Source of the DNA: OCS116 cluster bacterium AG-430-B22 | GTDB lineage: Bacteria; Pseudomonadota; Alphaproteobacteria; MED-G09 | Assembly (NCBI GenBank): GCA_003209955.1 | Contig: QCOD01000001.1 | Location: forward strand, 33,330-97,329 | DNA length: 64,000 nucleotides | Direction of reading: 5' to 3' | In this document: positions 1 to 10,421 of the stretch, one piece after another | Numbering within the stretch: position 1 is the first letter of the stretch | Layout: every line of letters starts with the position of its first letter | Notes under the pieces: generated by a model | Told to the model about the DNA's origin: nothing | The model's input: only the letters and a program-made list of their open reading frames with translations | Databases searched by the model: none | Translations under genes and position numbers: made by a program

Positions 1-1437
1 ACTCAAGATTTTCCCAAACATCAATTTGCCTGGAAAGTTTTAGGAGCAATATTAGGAGCAACAGGAAGAAATTCCGAAGCCGTAGATGCTATTCGGACAG
101 CAATTGAATTATCCCCTACAGACGTTGCTGCCCATAATAACTTGGGCATCACGCTGAAAGGACTAGGAAGATTGGATGAGGCTGAAGCAAGCTGCAAACG
201 GGCGATAGCTTTAAATCCTAACTTGGCGGAAGTCCATAGCAACTTAGGCAACATACTCAAAGAATTAGACAGATTAGACGAAGCTCTAGCAAGCTATAAC
301 CAAGCGATAGCGCTGAAACCTGACTATGCCGAAGCCCATAGTAACCTCGGTAATGTTTTAAAGGCTAAAGGTAAACTAAAGGATGCAGAAAAGCGCTACC
401 TAAAAGCTATATCCATAAAGCCTGATTATGCTGAAGCTTATTATAATTTAGGTAATATACTTAAAGAGTTAGGTAGATTAGAAAATGCAACTAATGCTTA
501 CAAAAAAGCAATTGAACTTAAATCAGACTATGTCGATGCAAGAATTAATCTTGACAAAGTAATGCAGGGCATTGTGCCAACGTGGCATATAAGCATGATG
601 AATGATGAACTAAGAAATAGCACATTTTCAGATGCAATTAAAATAGCTGTTGATAAAGACTCTTTAGTATTTGAAATTGGTACAGGATCAGGTTTACTAT
701 CAATGATGGCTATTGAGAGTGGAGCAAAAAAAGTTGTCACTTGTGAGTCAATAAAAACAATTTCTGATAATGCAAAAAAAATTATTCATAAAAATGGATA
801 TCAAAAAAAAATAGATGTAATAAATAAGAAATCAACCGAAGTAAAAATTGGTGAAGATATTCCCCATAAGGCAGACTTGCTGATTGCAGAAATTTTATCC
901 TCTGAATTTGTTGGTGAGGGAGTGATAGAAAGTATGTCAGATGCAAATAAAAGATTGCTAAAGAAAAATGGAAGAGTAATACCTCAATCTGGTTGTATAA
1001 AGATTGCTTTGCTTGGCGATACTGAAGAAATAAAAAAATCAACATATATTGATAAATCTGATGGTTTTGACTTATCTCTTTTTAATTCAATTACTCAAAG
1101 AAAATTTTCTCTTAAGCTTAAGGAAAAACCAAAAATTTTAAGTGATGATGAAGATACATTTACAATTAATCTTAAAAATATAGATAATTATTCTAACGAA
1201 GAGAAAGTTTTTAGATTACAAGCAAATCAAGACGGTTTATGTCTTGGATTAATACAATGGATGAAAATAAAGCTTTACGAAGATATTGAGTATGAAAATA
1301 TTCCATACAATGTGCAATCACATTGGAGTACTCCCGTTTATGTATTTGACGAGCCTATTGAATTGAAGAAGGGGCAATTTTTGGATATTAAAGGGTTTCT
1401 AGCTAAGGATAGTGTGTGGTTTAATCATGAAAGTTAG
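1..1437 (+). CDS. TPR-repeat protein fused to a protein-arginine N-methyltransferase (PRMT)-like SAM-dependent methyltransferase; 5' partial (frame is open from base 1)
   Basis: N-terminal half is tandem TPR repeats (AxAHxNLGxxL...AL...Y..AI.L.P repeated about 5 times). C-terminal half carries PRMT motif I (VFEIGTGSGLLSMMAIESGAKKVVTCE), a double-E loop-like segment (AEILSSEFVGEGVIESM) and a THW-loop-like segment (QSHWSTPVY). Frame 1 has no stop from position 1, so the true start lies upstream of the window. Confidence 0.6.
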   Translation, partial: TQDFPKHQFAWKVLGAILGATGRNSEAVDAIRTAIELSPTDVAAHNNLGITLKGLGRLDEAEASCKRAIALNPNLAEVHSNLGNILKELDRLDEALASYNQAIALKPDYAEAHSNLGNVLKAKGKLKDAEKRYLKAISIKPDYAEAYYNLGNILKELGRLENATNAYKKAIELKSDYVDARINLDKVMQGIVPTWHISMMNDELRNSTFSDAIKIAVDKDSLVFEIGTGSGLLSMMAIESGAKKVVTCESIKTISDNAKKIIHKNGYQKKIDVINKKSTEVKIGEDIPHKADLLIAEILSSEFVGEGVIESMSDANKRLLKKNGRVIPQSGCIKIALLGDTEEIKKSTYIDKSDGFDLSLFNSITQRKFSLKLKEKPKILSDDEDTFTINLKNIDNYSNEEKVFRLQANQDGLCLGLIQWMKIKLYEDIEYENIPYNVQSHWSTPVYVFDEPIELKKGQFLDIKGFLAKDSVWFNHES

Positions 1438-1576
1438 AAGCTTGTTAATATAAAGTTATCCAAAGAAGAATTATGATGAAAATTGATAGAAATTTAATGA
1501 GAAATCTAATAAATACTTACTGCATACTTGAAAAAAGTCCTTGTCAATTATTGAATAATAATAGTTTTTTTGTCGT

Positions 1577-2206
1577 GTGCTATTGAGTGGGAATAAAAAA
1601 TTGTCAAAAAAAATTATAAGAATTTCTGAAAGTCAAATACCTGAAAGACTTAGAGGTAGTCGATCTAAAATATTGAGAAAAATTGCTAGATTTGGAATAA
1701 ATATATCTGGCTGGACTATAAAGGGAAAGGTTCCTGATGAAGAAAGAATAGTGATAATTGCTGCTCCTCATACATCAAATTGGGATTTTATTTTGGCTAT
1801 GTTAGCAATCTTTGGATTGAATATTAAGGTACGATGGCTTGGAAAACATTCAATATTTAAACCTGGTTTTAAATTTTTTTTTGAGTGGCTTGGCGGCATT
1901 CCTGTTTATAGGAATAATCCGTCATCATTAATCAAGAATGTTGTAAATATAGTTAAAAAAGAAAGAAGTATTGTTATTGCTATGACCCCCGAGGGCACTA
2001 GAAAGAAAGTAAAGAGGTGGAAAACAGGTTTTTTGAGAATAGCTAAACAAACACATTCAAAAATTTTATTAATTTCTATTGATGCACCAACCAAAAGTAT
2101 AAAAATAGGAAAGATCTTTAACCCTACGGGCAATAGTGAAGAAGATTTAGCTCACATTCAAAAATATTACAGTACCTTTAGAGGTATAAATCCTCAAAAA
2201 TCATAA
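1577..2206 (+). CDS. lysophospholipid (1-acyl-sn-glycerol-3-phosphate) acyltransferase family protein, PlsC-like
   Basis: HxxxxD acyltransferase motif (HTSNWD) followed by a MTPEGTR-type motif; GTG start in the ORF track, true start uncertain. Confidence 0.55.
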   Translation: MLLSGNKKLSKKIIRISESQIPERLRGSRSKILRKIARFGINISGWTIKGKVPDEERIVIIAAPHTSNWDFILAMLAIFGLNIKVRWLGKHSIFKPGFKFFFEWLGGIPVYRNNPSSLIKNVVNIVKKERSIVIAMTPEGTRKKVKRWKTGFLRIAKQTHSKILLISIDAPTKSIKIGKIFNPTGNSEEDLAHIQKYYSTFRGINPQKS

Positions 2207-2225
2207 TTAAAAACTTATTAATTCT

Positions 2226-3857
2226 CTAGTTTTCTTTCGATAAGAATGATTTTCCATTAATATGATCAGATATTTTTTCAGCTATCATAATTGTTGGTGC
2301 ATTTGTGTTTCCAGCAATCAAGCTAGGCATTAATGATGCATCAACAACTCTTAAAGACTCAATTCCGTGAACCTGACCATGTTCATTAGTTACGGCAAGT
2401 TCATCTATGCCCATTTTACAGGTTCCAACTGGATGATAGAGTGTTTCGCCAGTTTCTCTTATCCAATTATCTAATTCATCATCATCATTTATATCTGTGT
2501 TTGATCCTGGTTTAAGTTCTTCACCCCTATATTCATCAAAAACAGGTTGCATAAAGACTCTACGGGCCTCTCTAAGTCCATTTCTAGTATCAATAAGGTC
2601 TTGTTCTACAGAAAAATAATTTGGATACATTAGTGGAGCATCATTTGGATCGGAACTCTTAAGTGTTATATTTCCTCTACTTTGAGGTCTGCATAAATAA
2701 ACAAGGTTAGAAAAACCATGTTCCAGAGGGACGCCCTCTCTACCATGAACATCTTGCATTGCAATTGATACATAATGTATTTGAATATCAGGTATTTCTT
2801 TTTCAGGTTGCGATTTTATAAAAGCACCACCAACGCAGGGTGGATTTGCGGCATCACCAGTCCCTGTTATTAAATATTTCGCTCCAGCCAGCATTGTACT
2901 AAAAAAACCTGCCGATCTATGAAGAGTTACTGGTTGTGTACAAGCAAATTGACTAACTACAGCAAAATGATCCTGTAAATTTTTTCCAACACCTTTGAGC
3001 TCGTGATTAACTTGAATACCATGTTTTTTAATTTCTTCAGAATCTCCAATTCCACTTCTCATTAATATTTGTGGAGAATTTACTGCGCCTGAGGATAAAA
3101 TTACCTCTCTATTACAGCCACTGACCTTCTTTTTACCTTTTTCAAAATATTCAACTCCAATTGCCTTTTTATTTTTGAATACCACCTTGTCCACTGTAAT
3201 ATTTGTTTTGGTATGTAAGTTTTTTCTATTTAACGCAGGATAAAGATAGGCTCTTGCTGAACTAAATCTTTTAGATCCCTTTATAGTATGCTCATATCGA
3301 GAAAAACCCTCTTGCTGTTTTCCATTAAAATCATTTGTTAAAGGGAAACCTGCTTGTTTGCCGGCTTCAACAAACTTATCCAAAAGAATATCATCTTCTC
3401 TTGTTGATTTTTTTACATTTAACGGACCACCTTGCCCGTGAAATTCTTCATCACCATCACCTTCATAGTTTTCAGCTCTTTTAAAGTAGGGTAATACATC
3501 ATCATAAGACCAACCAGGATTACCAAGCTGTCTCCAATGATCATAATCCGAGGAATGTCCTCGCGTATAAATCATCGCATTAATTGATGATGATCCACCC
3601 CACCCCCTTCCTCTGGGCCAATATAATTTTCTTCCAACTGTATTACTTTCTGGTTCAGTTTCGAAACCATAATTTTGCTTGTTTTCTCTAGGAACAATTT
3701 GTGAATAGCCTGAGGGCATATGAATAAATAAGTTTGTATCCTTTCCTCCTGCCTCAATAAGAAGAACAGAGTTTCTATCGTTATCAGACAATTTATTGGC
3801 TAATACGCAACCCGCACTTCCAGCGCCTACAATTATGTAGTCAAAATTTTCTTCCAT
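2226..3857 (-). CDS. GMC-family FAD oxidoreductase (choline/alcohol dehydrogenase-like)
   Basis: N-terminal FAD Rossmann motif DYIIVGAGSAGCVLANKLS; about 540 aa; GMC signature regions; C-terminal catalytic His region (HPVGTCKMG). Confidence 0.85.
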   Translation of the reverse strand: MEENFDYIIVGAGSAGCVLANKLSDNDRNSVLLIEAGGKDTNLFIHMPSGYSQIVPRENKQNYGFETEPESNTVGRKLYWPRGRGWGGSSSINAMIYTRGHSSDYDHWRQLGNPGWSYDDVLPYFKRAENYEGDGDEEFHGQGGPLNVKKSTREDDILLDKFVEAGKQAGFPLTNDFNGKQQEGFSRYEHTIKGSKRFSSARAYLYPALNRKNLHTKTNITVDKVVFKNKKAIGVEYFEKGKKKVSGCNREVILSSGAVNSPQILMRSGIGDSEEIKKHGIQVNHELKGVGKNLQDHFAVVSQFACTQPVTLHRSAGFFSTMLAGAKYLITGTGDAANPPCVGGAFIKSQPEKEIPDIQIHYVSIAMQDVHGREGVPLEHGFSNLVYLCRPQSRGNITLKSSDPNDAPLMYPNYFSVEQDLIDTRNGLREARRVFMQPVFDEYRGEELKPGSNTDINDDDELDNWIRETGETLYHPVGTCKMGIDELAVTNEHGQVHGIESLRVVDASLMPSLIAGNTNAPTIMIAEKISDHINGKSFLSKEN

Positions 3858-3974
3858 TTTTATCCCATTAAAAACTAATGAAATATTATCATGAACTACC
3901 TTTTAATATTTTTCAATAATCAATATATGTGGAATAATTTGCATCTAACTAAAAAAAATTATTAAATAAATATT

Positions 3975-4460
3975 ATGAAAAAGCTTTTAATTATTTTCGC
4001 TATCTCTCTTTATCCTTTAACCTCAGAATCATCTGGCAATCTTGCAAAATATCCTCCAGAAGAAATAGATATCACTATAACAACTTTAAATGATGGATAT
4101 CCTAAAATTGCTCCAGAACAAATTAAACTTATAACTGGTAAATACTATCGTCTAAATATTAACTGTCCTGATGTTAGAGATGATTTAACAGGCTGGCGTA
4201 TAGAAATGTTAGAACTTTTACATAATTCTCATCTTAGATTAGTAACTGTTGGTGATATTGAAATCCATCTTCAGGGTTTAAGCTTTAACGCAATTGAATG
4301 TGACGAAATAGGCTCTGCACATGTTAGCCTTGTTCCAATTAAACCAGGCTCTTATCAACTTTATGTTGGAAATGTTCCTAGTGCAGTAGGCAGACCTATT
4401 GGTGAATCAGGAATACAAGATGATGGAAAATATGTATTTGGTAGTTTTGTTGTTCGTTAA
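3975..4460 (+). CDS. hypothetical secreted protein
   Basis: Hydrophobic N-terminal signal-like segment (MKKLLIIFAISLYPLTSESS); no recognisable motif. Confidence 0.4.
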   Translation: MKKLLIIFAISLYPLTSESSGNLAKYPPEEIDITITTLNDGYPKIAPEQIKLITGKYYRLNINCPDVRDDLTGWRIEMLELLHNSHLRLVTVGDIEIHLQGLSFNAIECDEIGSAHVSLVPIKPGSYQLYVGNVPSAVGRPIGESGIQDDGKYVFGSFVVR

Positions 4461-4471
4461 CTAGTTAAAAA

Positions 4472-5260
4472 ATGTATAAATTAAAAATATTTTCATATAT
4501 TCCTAATCCACGTGTCTGGAAAGCTATTATTGCAGGAAAAATCTGTGGAGTAGAAGTTGAAGTTATAGGTGATAAACCATCTAACCTTGGTTCATGGCTT
4601 TGGGATTTTAACCCTAAGGTTTTGAATGAAAAAGAAAAGAATCCCGATCATAAATATGCTAGGAAAGGCAAAAGAGGTTTTTCAGGAGTTTTATATAAAA
4701 CAGATTCATTTTTGAAGGCTCATCCTTTTGGAACAGTACCGGCTGCATTTAGTCCTGATGGAGATATTGGTATATTCGAGTCTAATAGCATATTAAGAGC
4801 TGTTGCAAGGGTAGGCAAAGAGTTTAATTTATATGGCGAAAATGAATATCAAGCTTCAAGAATTGATAGTTTCCTTGATGCAAATCTAGTTTTTGCAAGA
4901 GAAGCTCAAGTTTATATGTTGGATTATACAAATGTAAGCAAAGAAGGATATGAAAGAGTTTCTGCGGCTTATGAATTTTACTTATCTGGAATTGAGCAAG
5001 CTTTGAATGAGAGTCCTTTCATATCTGGTGAAAATTTGAGTATCGCAGATATATCTTTTGTTTGTGATGTTGCTCAATTTTTAAGAGAAGGGCATTATGA
5101 GGATGTTTTAAAGGATAGAGGCTTTGATTTAGTAGCTAATAATTTCAAAGATGAATATCCAAAAACATTTACACATTTATTCTCTTTAGCTAAAAGAGAT
5201 GAGTTTTCCTTAGTTCTAGGAACATATCTTGATTGGTATAAAGATAAATTAGATATTTGA
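4472..5260 (+). CDS. glutathione S-transferase-like protein
   Basis: Thioredoxin-like N-terminal domain with FESNSILRAV (GST G-site-like Ser/Asn motif); C-terminal helical domain LSIADISFVCDV. Confidence 0.5.
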   Translation: MYKLKIFSYIPNPRVWKAIIAGKICGVEVEVIGDKPSNLGSWLWDFNPKVLNEKEKNPDHKYARKGKRGFSGVLYKTDSFLKAHPFGTVPAAFSPDGDIGIFESNSILRAVARVGKEFNLYGENEYQASRIDSFLDANLVFAREAQVYMLDYTNVSKEGYERVSAAYEFYLSGIEQALNESPFISGENLSIADISFVCDVAQFLREGHYEDVLKDRGFDLVANNFKDEYPKTFTHLFSLAKRDEFSLVLGTYLDWYKDKLDI

Positions 5261-5278
5261 ACTTTTGTTGATTGAAAA

Positions 5279-5926
5279 ATGAAATTTATAATTTTTGACT
5301 TAGATGACACCTTATTATGCGGGGATTGCGAAGCAGGGTGGATAAATTTTCTTATTGCTAAAGGGTTATTAAATGGCGATGAGCACTCATCAAAACTTAA
5401 TCAATTTGATATTGATTACAGGAAGGGTATTCTTAATTTTGATGAATACTCAAGCTATATTCAGGCACCTCTCAAAAATTTAGATGTCAGTACAGTAGAA
5501 AAGTTAGTGGATGAATTTATTAAAAATAATATTGATGATTTAACAGATGACCTAACTACTGACCTTTTAAAAGAGGCAAAATCCGCAGATAAAGTTCTCA
5601 TTGCATCGGGATCACATAATTTTCTTGTAAAAGGTTTTGCTGAATATTTTGGAATAGAATTTAGTATTGGGACACCAGTTGAAATAAAAGATGATATCTT
5701 TACAGGCAGCTTATTGGGTGAACCAACATTTAGTGAAGGAAAAGTTAAGGCTGTTAAGAATTGGTGTTCTGAAAATAATTTAAAAATTGAAGATTCAATT
5801 TTTTATTCAGACTCAATAAATGATCTTCCAATGTTTGAAGCTTGTGGCGATCCAATAGTTGTAAATCCTGACGATAATTTAAGAAAGATTGCTATAGATA
5901 GGTCATATAAGATTTTAAGTAGATGA
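5279..5926 (+). CDS. HAD-IB family hydrolase (phosphoserine-phosphatase-like)
   Basis: HAD motif I FDLDDTL; motif IV SDSINDLPMFEA typical of the SerB/HAD-IB subfamily. Confidence 0.65.
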   Translation: MKFIIFDLDDTLLCGDCEAGWINFLIAKGLLNGDEHSSKLNQFDIDYRKGILNFDEYSSYIQAPLKNLDVSTVEKLVDEFIKNNIDDLTDDLTTDLLKEAKSADKVLIASGSHNFLVKGFAEYFGIEFSIGTPVEIKDDIFTGSLLGEPTFSEGKVKAVKNWCSENNLKIEDSIFYSDSINDLPMFEACGDPIVVNPDDNLRKIAIDRSYKILSR

Positions 5927-5968
5927 TTTATTTAAAAAATCTAATTTAATAAAACTATAAATAAAATA

Positions 5969-6175
5969 ATGAAGAAATTTTCTGAAAGTGAAAAAAGTGA
6001 AATTATTGAATTGGCCTTATCTGACCATGCTAGTTTTAATAACATTAGATCAATTTATGGGATTGGAGAAAAAGATGTTAAGAAGCTAATGAGAGAAAAC
6101 TTAAAATCTCGTTCATATAAATCATGGAGAAAAAGAGTTAGAGAATTTTCTGATAGAAGAGAAAAATATAAATAA
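5969..6175 (+). CDS. DUF2805/TIGR03643-like small conserved protein
   Basis: 68 aa; pattern F..IR..YG..E..V..LMR..LK..SYK.WRKRV matches the remembered TIGR03643 consensus. Confidence 0.5.
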   Translation: MKKFSESEKSEIIELALSDHASFNNIRSIYGIGEKDVKKLMRENLKSRSYKSWRKRVREFSDRREKYK

Positions 6176-6266
6176 TTATATGACTTTAATAATTCTTATT
6201 CAAACCAGTTTTAATATATTTTCTTGATACATTTTTAACCAAATGATATTTTGTTAAAAAAATTAA

Positions 6267-8006
6267 TTGGAGAGCCCTATGTATGACTTAATTATTAGAA
6301 ACGGTACTATTATTGATGGCACAGGAAATGATCGATATGTTGCTGATATTGCTATAAAAGATGAAAAAATTTCAGCAATAGGTGAAATTCAAGGATCTGC
6401 CAATAAGGAGATTGATGCTAAAGGTAAGTTAGTGACTCCTGGATGGGTTGATGTTCATACACATTATGATGGCCAAGCTACATGGGATCCAGTTTTAGCA
6501 CCATCAAGTTGGCATGGTGTGACAACAGTAGTTATGGGTAACTGCGGTGTAGGTTTTGCACCTGTTAAACCAAAGGATAGGGATTTCCTTATTGAGTTAA
6601 TGGAGGGAGTTGAAGATATTCCAGGCGCTGCTCTATCTGAAGGTATTGATTGGCAATGGGAGAGTTTTCCTGAATATCTTGATGCGTTAGAGTCTTTTCC
6701 TAGAGCAATTGATGTTGCGACCCAGGTCCCCCATGGAGCAATACGTGCTTATGTAATGGGAGAGCGTTGTAATTCAGATTATGCTCCCACAAAAGATGAA
6801 GTAGATCAAATGGCTGAGTTAGTTAGAGAGGGTGTAGAGGCTGGAGCATTAGGTTTTTCTAGTTCTAAAACCTTATTACACAAAGACATTCATGGAGAAT
6901 ATATGCCAGGAACTTTTTCTGGAAATGAGGAAATGTTAGCACTTGGCTTAGGGATGAAGGGTCTAAATAACTCCGTTTTTGAATTAGTATCAGATCATTT
7001 AGGGGAAGATGAAGAATGGGAATGGGTAAAGGATTTTCAGAAGCAGACAGGTTTGACTGTAACTTTAATTGCAACGACTGCCCCTGCTTACAAAAACAAT
7101 AAGATGTATAATCTTGCAGAGCAAGCACGCCTTGAAGGTCATGAAATTAGACCGCAAGCTGCCGGAAGACCTACTGGTGTTTTACATGGTCTTCAGTCAA
7201 GTTTTCATGCATTTGTTGGACATCCAACTTGGAAAAATGAACTTGCATCCCTTGATCATGATGAATTACTAGCTAGATTACGTGATCCAGCGACAAAAAA
7301 GAAAATTCTTGCTGAAGAAACTACTATCAAAAATGAATTATTGCAGGATCTACCATCTTTAATGGGTCAGGTTTTTCCACTTGGTGAAAAACCAAATTAT
7401 GAACCAGAGTTCAAAGATAGTGTAGCTGGTATTGCTCTAGAGCGTGATTTAGATGTTATGGAGGTAATGTATGATCTTCTTGTTCAAGGAGAAGGCAAAG
7501 AACTTTTCTATCAACCCTTAGGTGGATATCATACATATGATTTAGAGCCTCACAAAAAATTATTGGAACATCCAAATGTATTGTTTGGGCTAAGTGACGG
7601 AGGAGCTCATTGTGGAGTGATTGCAGATGCTGGTATGCCTACATTTATAATGACACACTGGGGTCGAGATAGAACTCGTGGCGATAAATTATCTTTAGAG
7701 TTTATTGTAAAGTCTCTTACATCAAGTACTGCAGAAGCATTTGGTATGTTTGATAGAGGTTATATCAAAGAAGGAAAAATTGCTGATATCAATATCATCG
7801 ATTTTGATTCAATGAGACTGCATAGACCCGAAGCAATATTTGATTTACCTGCAGGTGGAAGAAGGTTAGTTCAAAAACCTGAAGGTTATGAAATAACCGT
7901 TAAAGCTGGCGAAGTTATCTTTGATAATGGCGTTCATACAGGAGCGCTTCCAGGAAAACTAGTACGTAGAAGTAATGAAAAAAGAGAAATGGCTGTTAAT
8001 AGCTAA
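6267..8006 (+). CDS. N-acyl-D-amino-acid deacylase (D-aminoacylase) family amidohydrolase
   Basis: N-terminus DLIIRNGTIIDGTGN...GWVDVHTHYD (metal-binding HxH); length 579 aa; C-terminal composite amidohydrolase domain typical of D-aminoacylases. Confidence 0.8.
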   Translation: MESPMYDLIIRNGTIIDGTGNDRYVADIAIKDEKISAIGEIQGSANKEIDAKGKLVTPGWVDVHTHYDGQATWDPVLAPSSWHGVTTVVMGNCGVGFAPVKPKDRDFLIELMEGVEDIPGAALSEGIDWQWESFPEYLDALESFPRAIDVATQVPHGAIRAYVMGERCNSDYAPTKDEVDQMAELVREGVEAGALGFSSSKTLLHKDIHGEYMPGTFSGNEEMLALGLGMKGLNNSVFELVSDHLGEDEEWEWVKDFQKQTGLTVTLIATTAPAYKNNKMYNLAEQARLEGHEIRPQAAGRPTGVLHGLQSSFHAFVGHPTWKNELASLDHDELLARLRDPATKKKILAEETTIKNELLQDLPSLMGQVFPLGEKPNYEPEFKDSVAGIALERDLDVMEVMYDLLVQGEGKELFYQPLGGYHTYDLEPHKKLLEHPNVLFGLSDGGAHCGVIADAGMPTFIMTHWGRDRTRGDKLSLEFIVKSLTSSTAEAFGMFDRGYIKEGKIADINIIDFDSMRLHRPEAIFDLPAGGRRLVQKPEGYEITVKAGEVIFDNGVHTGALPGKLVRRSNEKREMAVNS

Positions 8007-8011
8007 TTTTC

Positions 8012-8809
8012 ATGAGAGACTTTAAAGGTAAGATTATTGCTATTACGGGTGGGGCTACCGGAATTGGTTTTGCTCTTGCCAAAGCTTTCGGATCTGAGGG
8101 AGCTAAAATAGTTATTGGGGAAACTAGAGAAGAAAAACTTCAAGAAGCTATAGATAAATTCAAAAGCCTTAATATTGATGCAGATAAAACTCATTTAGAT
8201 GTTACCGATCTGAAAAGTGTTGAAAGCTTTGCTGACTTTACCTGCGAGCGTTATGGGCAAGTAGATATGTTGATTAACAATGCAGGGATTTCTGGTGCTC
8301 GAGGAAGGATTGATAAAGTAGATATTGAAGAAGCTAAAAAAGTTTTTGATGTTAATTTTTTCGGAGTATGGAATGGTTGCTCCGTTTTTAGTAAAAAAAT
8401 GATTGAGCAAGGAACAGAAGCAGAAATTTATAACTTAGGTTCTGAAAATTCATTGTTTGTTGCAGTACCTAATTCAGTCGCATATGTTGCTTCTAAACAC
8501 GCAGTTCTTGGGTTAAGTGAGAGCCTAAGGAATGATCTTCCAGATTTTATTCACATTGGGACAATTATTCCAGGTTATGTAGATACACCTCTAACAGGGC
8601 AAATAGAGGGTGGGATGAATGCTGATAAATTTGCTGAAATAATCAAGGAACAGATTAAAAATAAAGAACATATAATTGTTTCTCATGCTTACAATGTTGT
8701 ACACATTGAAAAGCGCAATAACGAGATAGCTTTTGCTTATGAAAAATATGCTCCGCGATATGATGGTGATGACGAGTATGATGTTAAGACAATTCTTTCT
8801 AGTTTATAA
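8012..8809 (+). CDS. short-chain dehydrogenase/reductase (SDR)
   Basis: TGGATGIGFALA cofactor motif; NNAG; catalytic Y..xK (YVASKHA). Confidence 0.85.
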   Translation: MRDFKGKIIAITGGATGIGFALAKAFGSEGAKIVIGETREEKLQEAIDKFKSLNIDADKTHLDVTDLKSVESFADFTCERYGQVDMLINNAGISGARGRIDKVDIEEAKKVFDVNFFGVWNGCSVFSKKMIEQGTEAEIYNLGSENSLFVAVPNSVAYVASKHAVLGLSESLRNDLPDFIHIGTIIPGYVDTPLTGQIEGGMNADKFAEIIKEQIKNKEHIIVSHAYNVVHIEKRNNEIAFAYEKYAPRYDGDDEYDVKTILSSL

Positions 8810-8811
8810 GA

Positions 8812-9237
8812 ATGAATTTTTTATCTAATATTTTAATTGCCCTCAAACTCCCTGCAGGTATTTGGAAGAATTTTGTTTTGTTTGGTCTATCTGTTTTTTT
8901 TATCTATTTTGGTATAGATCACTTCATTAATCCAGATTTTTATTTATCTATTATGCCTCCATCATTTCCATTACATGAAGAGGCAGTATATATAAGTGGT
9001 TTTTTTGAAATAGTTGGTGGTATAGGTGTTTTAATTCCTCGCTTTCGTAAAATAGCAGGATGGGGTTTAGTTGCTCTTTTAATTGCTGTTTATCCAGCTA
9101 ATATTTATATGGCCATAACTCCAGAAGCATTTCCAGATATTCCAGTTGAAATGCTTTATTTTCGTCTTGTATTACAATTTTTATTTTTCTATTGGGCTTA
9201 TTCAGTAACACGTCCGGTATTTAATTTAGTAAGTTAA
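8812..9237 (+). CDS. DoxX-like small membrane protein
   Basis: 141 aa, 4 predicted TM segments; GxFEIVGGIGVLIP and LIAVYPANIYMA resemble the DoxX-like family. Confidence 0.4.
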   Translation: MNFLSNILIALKLPAGIWKNFVLFGLSVFFIYFGIDHFINPDFYLSIMPPSFPLHEEAVYISGFFEIVGGIGVLIPRFRKIAGWGLVALLIAVYPANIYMAITPEAFPDIPVEMLYFRLVLQFLFFYWAYSVTRPVFNLVS

Positions 9238-9266
9238 ACTTATAAACAATTATAAAGAGATAAAAT

Positions 9267-10421
9267 ATGAAGATATTAGCATTAGGAGGTAGTGGTGGAA
9301 TGGGAAGATATGCTGTTCAATCCCTTTATAAACACCCCAAAATAAAAAAAATTTATGTAGCTGACATCAATGCTGATGCTGCAAAAGATTTCTCATTAAC
9401 TTTCAGTGATAAAGTAGAAGGTATAGGATTAGATGTAACAAAAAATGAATCTTTATTAGAGGTTATGTCTAAAGTCGATATAGCGGTTAATACGACAGGA
9501 CCTTTTTTTAAATTTGCTGAACCAATTCTAAGAGCTTCAATAGAAACAAATTGTCATTATTTTGATATTTGTGATGATTGGGAGCCAACCGAAAAAATGT
9601 TTCTTTTGGATAATCAAGCAAAAAACGCTGGAATTACAGCTATCTTAGGACTAGGTGCTAGCCCTGGATTAACAAATATCCTTGCTTATATGGCTATGCT
9701 GGAACTTGACGATATTTCAAAAGTTTATACAGGATGGGATATGTCTTCAGCTAAACCAGAGCCTATATCATCACAAAAAGGGGTTAATGCAGCTATGGTT
9801 CATGCAATCGAGCAAATGATTGGAAAAATTAAGGTATTTAAAGATGGAAAGTATCAAATGGTAAGACCTTTAACAGAAGTAAAAATTCATTATCCAGAAT
9901 TAGGGGAATTTAAAGCAAACATATTTGGCCATCCAGAGGCAATAAGTTTTCCTCATCATTATCCTAATATTAATGAGTCATTAAATTTAATGCATGGTGA
10001 AGAAAGAGGATTTAATACAACCTTGAAGTTTATAAGGTTTTTAATTGAGATTAATCTTTTAACGAAAAATATGGCTGCAAGAATTCTAACATGGATGGAA
10101 GGATCTACTACCTCAATGCAAAAAACAGAAAAACTAAATTTACCACCGGTCTTTGGTTATGCTGAGGGAAATAAGAATGGCCAAAAGATTTCAATTGGCG
10201 TAACTATTGATGGAGACATCATGGATTTATCAATGGGGGAGGCTACCTCTTTTCCTTTAGCATGTGGAGTAAAAATGTTAATTGATGGGTTGATTGATAG
10301 CTCTGGTGTTCATGCTCCAGAGTCAGGAATTATTGATCCAGGGTTATTTATGAATTATTTATCGAGAGAAATAAATAACGAAGGTAAACTATTTCCAGTA
10401 ATTACAAGGAGTGAAATATGA
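9267..10421 (+). CDS. saccharopine dehydrogenase-like NAD(P)-binding oxidoreductase
   Basis: N-terminal Rossmann segment MKILALGGSGGMGRYAV...YVADIN; GLGASPGLTNILA motif typical of Sacchrp_dh_NADP proteins. Confidence 0.55.
   Translation: MKILALGGSGGMGRYAVQSLYKHPKIKKIYVADINADAAKDFSLTFSDKVEGIGLDVTKNESLLEVMSKVDIAVNTTGPFFKFAEPILRASIETNCHYFDICDDWEPTEKMFLLDNQAKNAGITAILGLGASPGLTNILAYMAMLELDDISKVYTGWDMSSAKPEPISSQKGVNAAMVHAIEQMIGKIKVFKDGKYQMVRPLTEVKIHYPELGEFKANIFGHPEAISFPHHYPNINESLNLMHGEERGFNTTLKFIRFLIEINLLTKNMAARILTWMEGSTTSMQKTEKLNLPPVFGYAEGNKNGQKISIGVTIDGDIMDLSMGEATSFPLACGVKMLIDGLIDSSGVHAPESGIIDPGLFMNYLSREINNEGKLFPVITRSEI

Noticed and set aside
142-1437. ORF-track start at 142 for the TPR-methyltransferase gene
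   Set aside because: The same frame is open back to nucleotide 1, and positions 1-141 already encode TPR-like sequence (AWKVLGAILGATGRNSEAVDAIRTAIELSPTDVAAHNNLG). The gene therefore begins upstream of the window; I annotated it as 5' partial.
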